This document shows, one piece after another, positions 14,464 to 27,340 of a stretch of 64,000 bases of DNA (position 1 is the first letter of the stretch; each line of letters starts with the position of its first letter). The notes under the pieces were generated by a model. It was given only the letters and a program-made list of their open reading frames with translations, searched no databases and had not been told where the DNA came from. A program made the translations under genes and the position numbers. The stretch comes from Ophelia neglecta (lineage: Eukaryota): contig OZ260666.1 of the NCBI GenBank assembly GCA_965285935.1, positions 43,028,001-43,092,000 of the forward strand, given 5' to 3'.

Positions 14464-16122
14464 ATGAAAATGGGCAGCCAGGAGGCCAGTGGACTTTTCA
14501 CAATTTCTCAGAATGCTCACTGGGGTCATCCAGGAGAACGGACATCACTCATATCACAAGAGGAAATGGAAGCTGAGCTGGAGAAATTCATGATGGAATT
14601 TACCAACTTAGAGATAGGGTCAGAGAGCCAGTCTCTGGTGTCTAGCAGCCCATCTCCCCCCAGCTCTGTAACCACGCCGATGTCCTTCAAGGACTGGCAG
14701 ACCCTGGAGAAGGAGATGACTGTGGCTACAGTACACTGTCCCCCCAAACCCAGGTCCCCGTCCCCACCTGTGTTTGAGAACTACCGGGCCGACCTTGACC
14801 TTGACAGTATACCCCCAGCAGAGGATCTGGTGAGGAGGGCTCAGGGCCTAAAGGTCATAGACCAAGTCATTGACCAGTTTGGAAGCCCAACCAGTGATGA
14901 CACACCAAAAATGGGATTCAAAAGTGGTGATGTATCACACAATACTACTGAATCAGAGGCTCATACCCAGGTGACAAGTGATAACCAAGTAATGAGGAGG
15001 GATAATGCTGGTTTGGTCATCAACAATACAAATAAAGTCCCCAACCGGCGCTCTCTGGACGCTTCACAATACATGAGTGTGTCAGATACCATTAAGAAAC
15101 TGCGGGACCCTTCCAGTATGACTGGTAGTTTGGATCGTAGAAGAGCCAACCCATCAACACCTAGCCAAGGTGTTTGTCCAATTACACCTATCAATAGTAA
15201 ATCTCCAAAGCAGGCACTAAATGGACAGAATGGAAATATTACACACACAACAAATGGGTCAACTAGTCATCACACAAATAAGTCTAGTCAGAAAAGTACT
15301 GTTATTGCAAATGGTCATGTCCAAAAGGAAAAGCCATTCATTCCAGAAAAACCCAACTTGGTGAATGGAGGTTGTCAACCCTCCGTCAAAACTGTCTCTG
15401 GGAAGGAGTCTGTGTCTCAGAAGTCCCAGTCTAAATCTCAGCTCTCTGGCAGTGATTATGACAATGACAGTCGCTCCTCAGGTAAGACCAGGAGCAGGTT
15501 TATGTCAACCAGCAAAATGATCTTCAAAGAAAAACTATCACCCAAAAAGTCTCCAAAAAGGAGTAAAAAGGCTGAGAAAATGTCACCTCCATCGTTATCA
15601 AAGGTCCCCAGCAACAGTACCTCATCTGGTATTAAAGACAAGTCAGGGAATAATGTGAACATTAAGGAGGAGAAAACTAAACCCATCTCTGTGAATGGGT
15701 CAAAACCCATCTCTGTGAATAGGTCAAAACCCATCTCTGTCAATGGGTCAAAACCCCTACCTGTCAATGGGTCAAAGCCAGCCAATGGGCGGGCCATGAA
15801 GGAGAGGAGGGACAGTAACTATGACAATGAACCTTTGTTGGATATGTCTTCTGGTTTCCCTGACAACCTGGACACTGATGACAGTGCTATAAAAAGTCCA
15901 GGTAGTAACAAACAGTCAAGAGTGGTGGATGGGGACTATGACAATATCAGCATTACCAGTAACAATCCCCATGACAACAATGTGGTTACCAATGGCAGCA
16001 TCCAAAATACAATGAACTCCAGTGGCTGGAATGAGAGCTTGAGAGAAACATCCCAGTCTCAGCTGATATGTCCCAAGAGAAAAAAGTCTGGCTGGCGGTA
16101 CTTGTGTTGTATAGCCAAACAG
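14464..16122 (+). CDS. Large alternative first coding exon (553 aa, Ser/Lys/Asn/Pro-rich, probably disordered) of the tensin-like gene
   Basis: 563-codon ORF in otherwise ORF-poor DNA; donor AAACAG|GTAAAT after ...WRYLCCIAKQ at 16122 (1659 nt, phase 0), compatible with the phase-0 acceptor of the C1 exon at 40926. The last 10 codons of the ORF-track entry are probably intronic. Confidence 0.8.
15679..15789 (+). repeat. Coding 24-bp tandem repeat (KPISVNGS x4-5)
   Basis: KPISVNGS KPISVNRS KPISVNGS KPLPVNGS KPANG within the 14464 exon. Confidence 0.95.
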
Positions 16123-19100
16123 GTAAATGTTTATTATTTGAAAGATTCTGTATGATTCTCTGGGTATGTGGTTACTCCTTAATCTCTGACTGTCTGACTC
16201 CAGGACAGCTGTCCACGACAAGCCTCATTTCTCCTGATGTTCCTTATCAATGCCGACAATTATTACCAATTAAACAGTTCCAGAGTGAGAGGCAAGCTAT
16301 TAGCTGGTGTGGAGTACAATATATTAGCCCTCTGTGATCAAGCTCATGCTTCAGCCTGCCATAAAACCGGGCCCTGGGCTACAGCAGGGCTAAGGTCACT
16401 TCATATTCAGTATTAGGCATCCGGGTTTATTCAAGTAACCTCTGAGTCATCCTCCATTACATTATGATAGGGAAACTTGTGATCTCTAGGTTGGGGTTTT
16501 CCTGGAAGAAAATGCTTCATGGTCTCTTGGTCGGCGAGATAAGGCCAAAGAATGTTAATTTGGAGAAGCTGGCTGGGAATGGCACAGAGACTTGCAATAT
16601 GGAGCCTGAGGTTTTGTCTCCAGGGAACTGTCACTGCTGAGATCTGACAGGTTATCTCTGGAAAAATTTGGGGACTATTTATCTACGCCACAAATCTGAC
16701 CAGGAAAGACTCAAATATCATTGTACTATTAGAGAGAAATGGAGAGAGTTTACCAATTTACACTCAATTTTGCAATAATTAACCTAGAAGGCCTTGAGAA
16801 TAGTGCTTTCCCAGCTTTTGTTATTTTTGAACAGGAAGGAAAAAGTCAGCGTTGTGCGATTTTATGCCTTTGTCGTGTCAGTTTGATAAGATAACTTTGC
16901 AAAAGAATTCTGATAAAAAGTTGTATTCTAAGTGACTCTCATAGATAATGGACTTGACATGAAGGCATGTGGCCTCTCGGTTAGCCATGCTGTTTTCGGT
17001 TTTATTGTCTTGTTACTAGCTACTGTCGGATCATTCAGGAAGTGCTGGAATGATTTTTATTTTCACAAATAGCCTGAGAACTGCACTTTAACCTCCTACA
17101 GTTTCCTTCAGTAGCAGAGCAGTTGGTAAAGCCAGCCTTGTCTTAGCTTGATAAGGTCAATTCCAGGACACTACTGTTTGTTTTACATCCTAGAAGGGCC
17201 CCCACAATGGGCCTGGACTCCCCTCCCTGGCACTTTAACCATCTCATTGGACCATAGAAGCCGTTAGTAAATGTTGGCCATTTCGCTCAGCAAATATTTA
17301 GGTAGGAGCTGTGTGTGAGCTCTCAGGTGGTCATGGGGTGATGGACTGGGAGCAGACTAGAAGTGGCCTTACTCTAATACAATCTATTGGTAGTATTGCT
17401 AGCTAGTGTTAACAGAAATCTCCCAGAAATTAGATGGTGACTTTACTTTTAGGAGGAGTATTTAACTAAAGCCATGATAGTCTGGATCTTGTTATTGGTT
17501 ATAAGCTAGAGTTATCGTCTGTTAATGCCTGCTCCTGTCAAACTCAGCTCAATGTGTATTACTGTCATTATGTTGCCCAATCCTTTACAATCTAAACACC
17601 ATCAAATGCCCATATGTCACCAGAAAAATACATGGATGTACAAGTAAGGGTTTTGAAATTTAAGGCAATCAGGAGCCAAATCAAAATGAATGGGCAAGAC
17701 CCCTTCTTAATTCTCTATGGTATAATGTATCATGAAAAATTGAACACTCATCATGTTAACTTGATTTTGTGCATATATTGTTGCTCATCCTCATAAATAC
17801 AAATTACTGCTTCGTGCTATCGAACCCGGGTGATTAGCCTGACCTTTGCCTTGTTGGGTGGTTTCATGGCTAAGGTCCAGGTGATTTTTGTGATGGCACT
17901 CTGATACACAATTTAACTGGCTCATTGGCAGTGCTGTATGGGTAATTTATATATAAACCTGTATAACACCAGCTAAGTAACTTGTCACAGCATTATATCA
18001 AAATAGGTCCAGGGCATGGTTGAGGTTTCCCTTCGTAGCAGAGTACACAGCTCCGTTCTCTTCGTCTGTAGCACTCTGCCGAAATCAGTTTTTGTATTTT
18101 TCCTAAACTTGATAAATGACCCAATCAATAGAATGTGATGTAATAAAGTGAACATATATTGAGAATGCTATTAGGGTTGCATCTAAGGGAAACCAGAAAC
18201 GCCAGCCTTTTACTAAGTTATTTTGTAGCGTTTGTTTCAGTCTCCTGACTTTTGGTGACATTTTGGCTTATATCATGAAACCAGGCAGCTAATTGTCATG
18301 CAATTAGTAGAGTGTTACCAGTAATCTCTTGATAATTTTGGACAGAAAATCTATGGAAAATCAATGGATGAAGTTGTAGTAGTGGATTATAAATGTCTGA
18401 TTGTTAGGAGGGATAATAACTAGTCATTGTGTTTAATGAAATCAATTGTTGAGGTTCACATTGGGCTGTGAGCCAGTGAGTTCTACATGCGAATATTAGT
18501 CTTAAAAATGCCAATCTCCAATTTGATGGAAATGTCAGAAGCAAAGTTGTGTGAAGTTTATGCATTACACTTAATTAAATGTTAATTACCTAGGGGATCA
18601 GTTTTACACAAGTGATCTACATATTATATTCTTTATTTTAATGATGTTATAAATCAAGAAACTGGGATGCTGCTTGACTGTGTCTGACTGTAATCTGGAT
18701 AAAAGCATTGTAATTGTATTATTATTGTGTGGTTGTAACAGATGTAATAAAGCCACTGATATTTTATCAGATAACTGCTGCATCTGATGGATTTACAAAT
18801 ATACATGTTATAGGTATATCAAGTAAAAAACATTTTGGTCCAACTCTTAATAACTTGGTCTGATCATGTCCACCTCACTTTTTTACAGGGTGCTCATAAC
18901 CTGAGGGAATGTGAGCTATAGATTTAATATGTGCCAGAAGGACTATAGTGGTGCTGGTAAAAGCTTAACCAGGGGTTTTATTTTAACAGAAGGACCACTA
19001 AGGCAAGGTGCTACTGTGGTTCTCAGGTACTCTGCCCAGTGAGCTACGAGCTGTTAAAAATAAACTTAAACTAATGGAATCAGCTTGAAGTCCCCAGCCA

Positions 19101-22100
19101 AAAACATTATTTGATGCTTTATATACCCTTGGGGAATCATGTGGTTATGATTCAATAGGTTTGTAATCTGAGGAACAATTGTCATTCTATTGGCGTCTTA
19201 ATCACACCTTGACCAGGGAACATAAAGGACAGGACAAAATCTGAGTGATTTATTGTGGTGAGCAGTGCGCAGAGGTTTTATATGGTAGCCTGGAATTACC
19301 CAGGTTGGCTTTAGTCACTGTTGAATTGGAGCCCCTGGGCATTTCCTTCCAGTAGAGAAGTCATTTTAAGTCAGAAATGAATCTTTTCAGTTCGAAGTGA
19401 ATCATTCCATCACAAATATTATCTGGGGGAAAGATATGAATGCATTTTTACCATTGACTCTGGCCAGTATTGTTATATTTTGGCAGTATGATGGTTTGGT
19501 GGCCTATGGCTTGGAGTGGGTGCCAGACTTGCCGTGTACTGCCCCAGGGTAAACACAGTTGACCAGAGGGGTGGTATGATCCGTGCCAATTACCCTGATC
19601 TGTCATGACTGGGCCCTTCTGATACCCTATCACTGCCAGTCCACTGGGCACTCCTCAGATCACAGCATGGCCACCAGCAGTATTCAGGAAACTCCAGAAA
19701 TGACATGTGGTAAACAACACGTTTGTAAGCTTAATGTGGGATTGGAAATTAGAGACTGGACATTTTCCCATTGACATTTGTGCATCTGAAGTGGACCAGT
19801 TTGTGAAGCAGCTTTCCCTGAAGTCATGGCAGCTTTAGTTTGTGGAGTCTGAGGATTAGTTGTGGCTTCTGTGTTGTACTGTTGTGCTGGGGCCAGGCAG
19901 GAGATTAATTAATACCTAGATGACAGGGTATCAATGTCCTGTCAGCCAGGCAGTAATAGCCTTTGTCTGGAAAATCATCTCCCATCTGACCATTTTACTG
20001 ATCACTTTGTAGATTACTTGGATTTGACCCATAAATTATGATATAATTATGACTTTATCATTCATTCACACCATCTGCCCTGAGGCAGTTTTTCCTTGGC
20101 CCACTAAGACACAGTTTTCTTCCCCAGGTCTCTTTTGTTAAACCTGCTATAGAATTGGACACTGATGACCCTCCTCATGACAATAACCTATTGAACGCCA
20201 ACTGTCCATGATTCTGAAAGAAATGCCACTGAATTATAACTAAGAAAATAGAAGAAACAAAATCAGATATTTTCATACTAAATTTGAGAATAAACTTTTT
20301 CCATGAAGCTTTGATTATGCTGTGAGATTGATGCACATTGACACACACCAGTGGTTACAGCAGCAGACTGGAACCATTTTATGGCATGTTTTTTTCCTCC
20401 TGGTCCGTCAATTCTTTATAACCTGTGACCCAAAAATTTCATGTAAAAAAAAATATGAACCTAATTTCTAGACAATTTATCACCTGGGGCTGACTCATGC
20501 ACATGCAATATTATTATTTTAACCTATTAATGTGTTATAGAAAATACAGGGAAACTATTTTCACATATAAAACTGATTGGTGAATCTGATGTTAGCCCTG
20601 GATTTTCATAACACTCATTGACTTCTGATTCACATAATCAGAACAGCACAGTTCATACCTTGTTTTTTGGTATAAGTGTCAGTATTTAGGACATGAGGTA
20701 ACCTGAGTGAGTCAGAGGTGTGATTCTGGGACTTGTGATGATAAGGAGTTTTTTTTACCAATACACAGGTGTATTATTAAAGCTACTTGACTTGATTAAA
20801 ACATGGGTTATCACTAATCAATGTTATATCTATGTACTTATGGAGTATTTGTTCATACATAACAAGTGTATGGTTTGCATATAAAGGTATTACATAACTT
20901 CTTAATGCATAGCCTATTATTACCAACTCCTCCAATACAGCTGCCCCACCACAGGGTTAGCCCACATAATATAGCTGCAGTAATATAGCAGCCGCCCCTT
21001 CTCCCAGTCATTACCTGTGATCAATAAAGGTGATTGTTCACATAATCCTGGTAACTAGCAATTTATCATGTCTATCCCAACTTTAGTAAGAATGGATGAT
21101 TTTGTCATACACTAAATTTAGATTAAATGCATACATGTGTGTTAATGAAATATGTACATATTAAATACACATATATTATTTATTACAATCAATACATACT
21201 AATTGGTATATTTATATAATAATTTTACATAGTAATAAGACGAGCACTAAGGCAATAGGCTGGCAGGAGGTTGTCACCAGTGATCTTATTTTATATTAAT
21301 TTTTACGGAATTAAAGTGAAAAAAATATCTATACACCAAAAGGAGGGAGATTATGTTATTCATGATTGAGTTTTTGGTATGGGTATGGTAAGTAGACAAT
21401 GGATTAGACTATGACATATGTAATAAGTTACTATAAGGAGTTGATCCTTTTATAGAGTCAGGTAATATTGGGTCCAGAACTGACATATGATATGTTGAGG
21501 TATGGCTGAGTTTTGTGTTGTGAAGTATTGCTGAGTTTAGTGTATTCCTGAGCTCAGTCTTCATCGGTGACACTTGAACCCTTCAATCAATACATGACGT
21601 TTGGTGGATCAATATCCACTGCTTGATTGAGCAGCTTACATTCGAAAACCAATTGATTCCTTCAGTATTGATTTCATGTGGCAATCTTGAAAATTGTGTA
21701 ATGTTATTATGGATGGAGTTGTTTTGTTGTGAAGTTTGTACCCTTAGCATTCAAATCTTCACCAGCATGCAATCTGCAACATGCTCTTTTAGTTATTGTG
21801 TAAGTTTTATGAATGTTCAGCACAAAATTTTTCTGTCTTAACTAATTTATAAAAGATAAATAATTTGTTTTTAAAGATAATGAGAAAAGATATAATAGCA
21901 ACTGATTGGTGTCAAAGATTTCCAATCCATTTGCAATGACTCATGAATGTAATTCAAGTCACAGCTTGAGCGCTTCACCTTTCATTGTGATAAAAACAAA
22001 TTGACTCTTGCAGTCATGTATAATTTGAAAAATATTCAAGATTAACATAAGTGCTGAGTTTTGTTTTCCCAAGAGCAAATGTTTTCCACATTTTACAATG

Positions 22101-23090
22101 ATCTTTTTTAAATTTTATCTTCTGTTCAATTTTTTACGAAAAAATTGTAAATAAGAAGTGAAGTGATGAACCTTGCCAACAAATTTCTGAATAAGGCGCT
22201 CAATTTATTGTCAGAAAGCATGCTCAATTGATAAAGTGGATTGAGAAAATCTTGATTTCCCGGCTGGTAATTTTCCTGACAGAACTGGGTCAATTTGTAC
22301 AGAGTGACGCTATTGGTTGTGGCTCAACAGGCAGAAAATGTCAAAGGGATTTTCCAAAAGCTGCACTTTTTGATGTAAAAAACAGACAGAAATCAAACAA
22401 ACAGAAATCACAAGGGCTGTGTGATTGATAAATTGCTCTTTCTATTTACAGATATGAATTCAGCTTGGCCTGTTGTGTAGTTTTTACTCATTTACTGACA
22501 ATTTATCATGAACCCCTGATGACTTTACACCAGCTACCCTTTTGGACTATTGATTATTTTACCCTTTTGGGTTTCCTACTGGCTTAAATACCAAAAAAAG
22601 AAGGGTTCACTTAGCGAGACAAACAGTTGAGGAGGAGAGTAGCCCTCAGCCCTGTCAGGGATAGGGTTTCTGTAAACTGGTTCTGAAAACTATCAGACTG
22701 GGTGGCGCAAGTGTTTATCAAGAGTTTGGATTTGTTCTTAGCAGTTTTTGGAAAAAGGTTTCTCAGTGCAATTTGAATTCTAATGGCTTCCCCTGAAACA
22801 CTGTATCCAAAACATGTCTGAATGACTGCGAACAAGCAATTGCGATCTGGTTGCCTACCTGTACTATATTAGTATTATAACAAATGTTTTTGACATGCAA
22901 ATAATTATTGAGTTTCCATATACTACTTGCAGTACTGCATGTCAAACTTTATAATGTCCTAGGGGCTAGGCAAAGTTGGGAAAATGTCACTCTACCAATT
23001 ATCATAATCAGAGCATACATATATATAGACTTAGTAAATTATGCATCTTCATGTTTTTCATTCATGGATCCTATTCACCACTAACCCATT

Positions 23091-23130
23091 TACATGTATG
23101 TACATGTATGTACATGTTCATGTACATGTA
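23091..23130. repeat. TACATG-based short tandem repeat
   Basis: TACATGTATGTACATGTATGTACATGTTCATGTACATGTA. Confidence 0.85.
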
Positions 23131-26100
23131 AGGGTTGTTAGTTTATGCTACTCAAGTGACTAAAAATACAGTATGTGTTGACAATAACTTAGGACTAACA
23201 GATTGTATAAACCATTCTGTATTGGTCATTTCTCCGAGTATATTCAAGCCTGGTGTATTAATAGGTGAAATATAAAACACAGATTTGTGGAGAGAACTGA
23301 CATTTGTTAATGGTTATTGAGTGTGTTTTTGTGTTTGAATCCTTGATGGTCACACACACTGCCCCCGATCGTGATTGTCCTGATCCTCATTGACAGAAGC
23401 AGGCCAGTCTCTTTGTCCTAGCACAGGACAGGATCCATACTCTGTGTCGTGGCTAACCAACTAGAATGTTATGCCTAGTACCCCGTATGCTTGATGTGCT
23501 TTATTTTGTATTCATATCTGATCAATTTGTAACCTACCCAAGGCGGAATTCCACTGAAATTGTTAAAATCCAAATAAACATTTAAAGTTGATAATTGATT
23601 TAATTGTTGGAATTTTTGTTTTCCAAATTTGTTTTCAGTCAGATGATTTAAGATTGTCCAAAGAAAAACCATGAACAAATAACTGCATTTCACTTGGTAA
23701 CAGTTGGAGGTGGATTGAGGATCTCTTCAGCCCTTAGAACTTGGGCTAACCTGGGTCCAGACAACTAAGGTGTCAGCTGCTCCCTGTCCACACTGACAAT
23801 TGATCTTGCATATTTCCATAATAAGAAGATTATGAGCCAAGAGCTTAGATGATTTAGACTCTCCATATAACTGGAATGCTCTACCAATTCTGTGGAGTTT
23901 TAGCATTTATTAGTAAGACTACTTGAGACTACTTCCAATAAGCTTGCTAAGTGCATAGTATAATATTTCATGTATTTGTTTATACAGAGTTTGTCTGAAG
24001 CAAACTGGCACAATTTTCCCCCTCAGTGTGTCTGAAATTTCCAACACTCTGATCATGATGTTTTAAAACTGAAGCAGGTAAATACATTGGCTTTTTATCA
24101 CATTCAATAACTGTGATAGATATGAATTACTACATTGTAAATGCGCTGCATGGGTCCAGCTGAATGTAATACTACTCTCAACGCACCTATGCTTTCATGG
24201 GCAAGCAGTATACTGTTGTATAATTACCTGTGTGGATTCTGCATAAAACACACATCAGTACATCTGAGTTTCAAGGTGGGTTGAGACAGCAATTTACACA
24301 ATACATCTTCTCTAAAACGAACCATCTCTGCCCATTAACCATGTTAACAAACTTGCTCATTGAACAAACAGTGTTTGTTTGTATGATTCATTTATAAAAA
24401 GTAGCAAATTACTTTCTCACTCCAGCTAAGATTATGCTTTTGGGGAACGTTCTTTATAGCTTTGCAAAAACTGAACATGTTCACAAAAGAATGCTTGTAC
24501 CAAATGTAACTTATTTTATTTCTCTGGCGGGTGTCTTCGGGCTAATGTAATGGTAAATGACACAGATTGGTCTATTGGCGGAAAAACCTGGGTAATTGAT
24601 GCTTTGAAGTCTTAGATCTTAATAAAGCTTCATCTGTGATTAAAATTGTACATTCTGCAAAACTGCAGCTTTCTGTGCAGCAGTGGTATGAACCAGTTAC
24701 TGTGCTGGCTGATATATTGTACAGTAGTGAGGGGGTGCCTGGATCAAGTTAAAGGCAAGACACCAAATAGACCAAATAAGTCACTTTCATCTCTAGTCAT
24801 CGGCTTGGACTGTTAATTAATCGCATGTCATTGGTGATGAGTGACTAGGTAACACAAATAAATTACCTGTGTAGTGATGGACACAGAGGAGATGTGTGGC
24901 CATTACTTATCTCTAGTGTATGTCTGATCATATATGCACATTCCATACAGAAGGTACCTTTTCATACTGGCATATGGATATTATTAATGTGGGCCTATTG
25001 GGGCCACCCTGACCGAGTGGGTACCACCCTTGGTTCTGATATTAACTCACAGTACTAGTGACAGGATAGTGATTTAGATGGTCAATGAGGGATTGGAAAA
25101 AAGTTGAGAACAACCTGAACCGACCATCTGCTCTTCTTTAATATCTTGAGCTGTGTCCAGAATATGTGTGCGGCTGTAAGATGTCTGGAGCCTAAGGTGT
25201 GAGCTGAATAACAAGTTTTTGTATTGGTATTCACAGTGCTGTAAGATGGCATATTTAGGTACATATGATTCACCGTCATCTACATGCATATCTAGTGTTT
25301 CTGACTAAGTTTAATATGAGATTGAGAGCGATTACTTTCATGATGGTTAGAACTAATTCTCCTAGTACAGGTAGCATTGAATGGCACCACCACCAGAATG
25401 TTAAGCTGTGGATATAAACCAGTCCTGTGGCTTGAGATGCCCAGCTCAATTCCTACACTTTTTACATTATAAACAATGCTCCTGGAAACATGGTTTTTGT
25501 TGAGTTTGTGTTGGCCACTGGATACCTTGGACATCCTGGAGATTGACAGGTAGTGCTGGAGTTCTTAGATTTGATCATTCTTCAGCTTATACAACTGCAT
25601 TGCATTCCATCCGAGTTTGTCACCTCTAGTGCTCTGTATTTGACATATCCATAATTGTTTGAAGGATTTTGTCCGAGCTTTGCCAACTGGACAGGGCTTG
25701 GGAGATTAAGACATATGAAGCCAGTGGCTTCTCTTTTGTTTCACATTGGCTGCCAACAATCTGGCAGTGTACTCAGTAGCCTTTTGACTTGGAAATGGCA
25801 ACTTTTTAGAGTACTGGCCACCCATGATAGAGTTTAGTTTAAGATGCTAACTCTTTGAGAAGTAAGCTTATCATGTCAGGGATGCTCCTCTCAGGGGGTA
25901 GGACTGGTACCCTGTGATGGTAGGATCAGCCAGTAGACTGGATTCCTCAGATCACCATGGAGTGTTAAGTTTCCAAACATCCCCAGCCAACTTACTAGTA
26001 CATGTACTAAGAGAGAGTAAAGCTGATACAGTTTGATACCTCACAGATTTATGATGAGCTAGTATTACACTGCTAACTGATTGGCTGCCCAGATAAACAA

Positions 26101-27274
26101 GGAAGCCCAGTAGTCTAGATTCTAACTAGGACTGATGTCATAATTCATGTTACCAACTTGACACTGGCACAGTTTTAGTTTTTACTAGATTGTGAATGTG
26201 ATGATTTGAATGGAGCAAAAAGGAGATAATTGATAACCTAACTGAATATTACCCTAAGACAAAATGGGAGGATGCTTCACCTTTGTCTGTTACCTTTGAC
26301 AGCTCACTGTGGGCTGGCCTTGAGAAACACCAAGGTAATAACACTGTAAGGCCCTTAAGACCTGGTCACATCCTAGGAGGAATTAACTACTTGCAGGGAC
26401 ACTCCTGGCAATGACATAAAAGGTAGTAACATCTTGTACACAGTGTAGGACAGGAATTTAGGAGTTTGTTTTCTTAGTTGTTAATCTACCATACACAGCA
26501 ATGGATTACACTGATCTTAGCTAATCACTCTTGTGTCTGTATGAGGATTAAGGTATGAGTTATCTTAGAATGGGATTATGATTAACCATTCAGTGTTATG
26601 GAGGCATGTCTGCTATGTATGGATTAGGATTTAGAGATGACATTTGCCTTAATCCAGTGTTGGTTATGGGTGGTATATCTGTTATTTGCCTGCACCTTAC
26701 GACATACAACAGTTGAGAGATTGGATATTTCTGTGATGATCATGATTTTCTCAAGATATTTCATGGATGAATTGGGAGTACCGTAGCAACAATATTAAGG
26801 AACCCTACTGCTACCATTACTGGGCCACATACCAGTTTATAGGCGATCTATGTGAGTTTATTTTTCCAAGCTCTATTTTAGTTGAGAGACATATCTGAGA
26901 TTGGGAGATGTCATGGTGTTTGGGTTAGCAGAAGTAAGACATATTAGTTAGAGGTGAGCAGCACTGTAATGGAGACCACCCTTTCAGGAGGAGAGTGACC
27001 TGCCAAGTTCAAAGGATTGATATACACCTGTGGTCATCAGTGATCAGGGGATACTGGGCTTTATGTGTAGTGTAACTTGACCAGAATAGAATCCAACAAA
27101 CTCTACTACCTGTGATAACTCAGTATACTGAGTAGTACTGTAGGATAGTAGTAAACAACATTATCTACCAATGCACACAACTCTTTGGAGCCTATACTAA
27201 TAAAAAAATTAAAAAACTGGTTGAAAAACTGCTTGAATACATCACATACTATCATTTTGTGCTAGTATTTTGAG

Positions 27275-27340
27275 ATGTATATAATGAGATTAGGAGAGCT
27301 GGAGCCCATCAAGGAGGATGAAATCCTCTCTGATATCCAG
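27275..27340 (+). CDS. Short alternative first coding exon MYIMRLGELEPIKEDEILSDIQ
   Basis: ATG at 27275 (second in-frame ATG at 27284), 22 open codons ending at a consensus donor CAG|GTGAGT in phase 0, compatible with the acceptor at 40926. Confidence 0.65.

Noticed and set aside
16123-16155. ORF-track C-terminus VNVYYLKDSV*
   Set aside because: Lies after a good splice donor and is most likely intronic read-through.
14526-16221. Antisense ORFs over the 14464 exon
   Set aside because: Shadow ORFs of the + strand coding frame.
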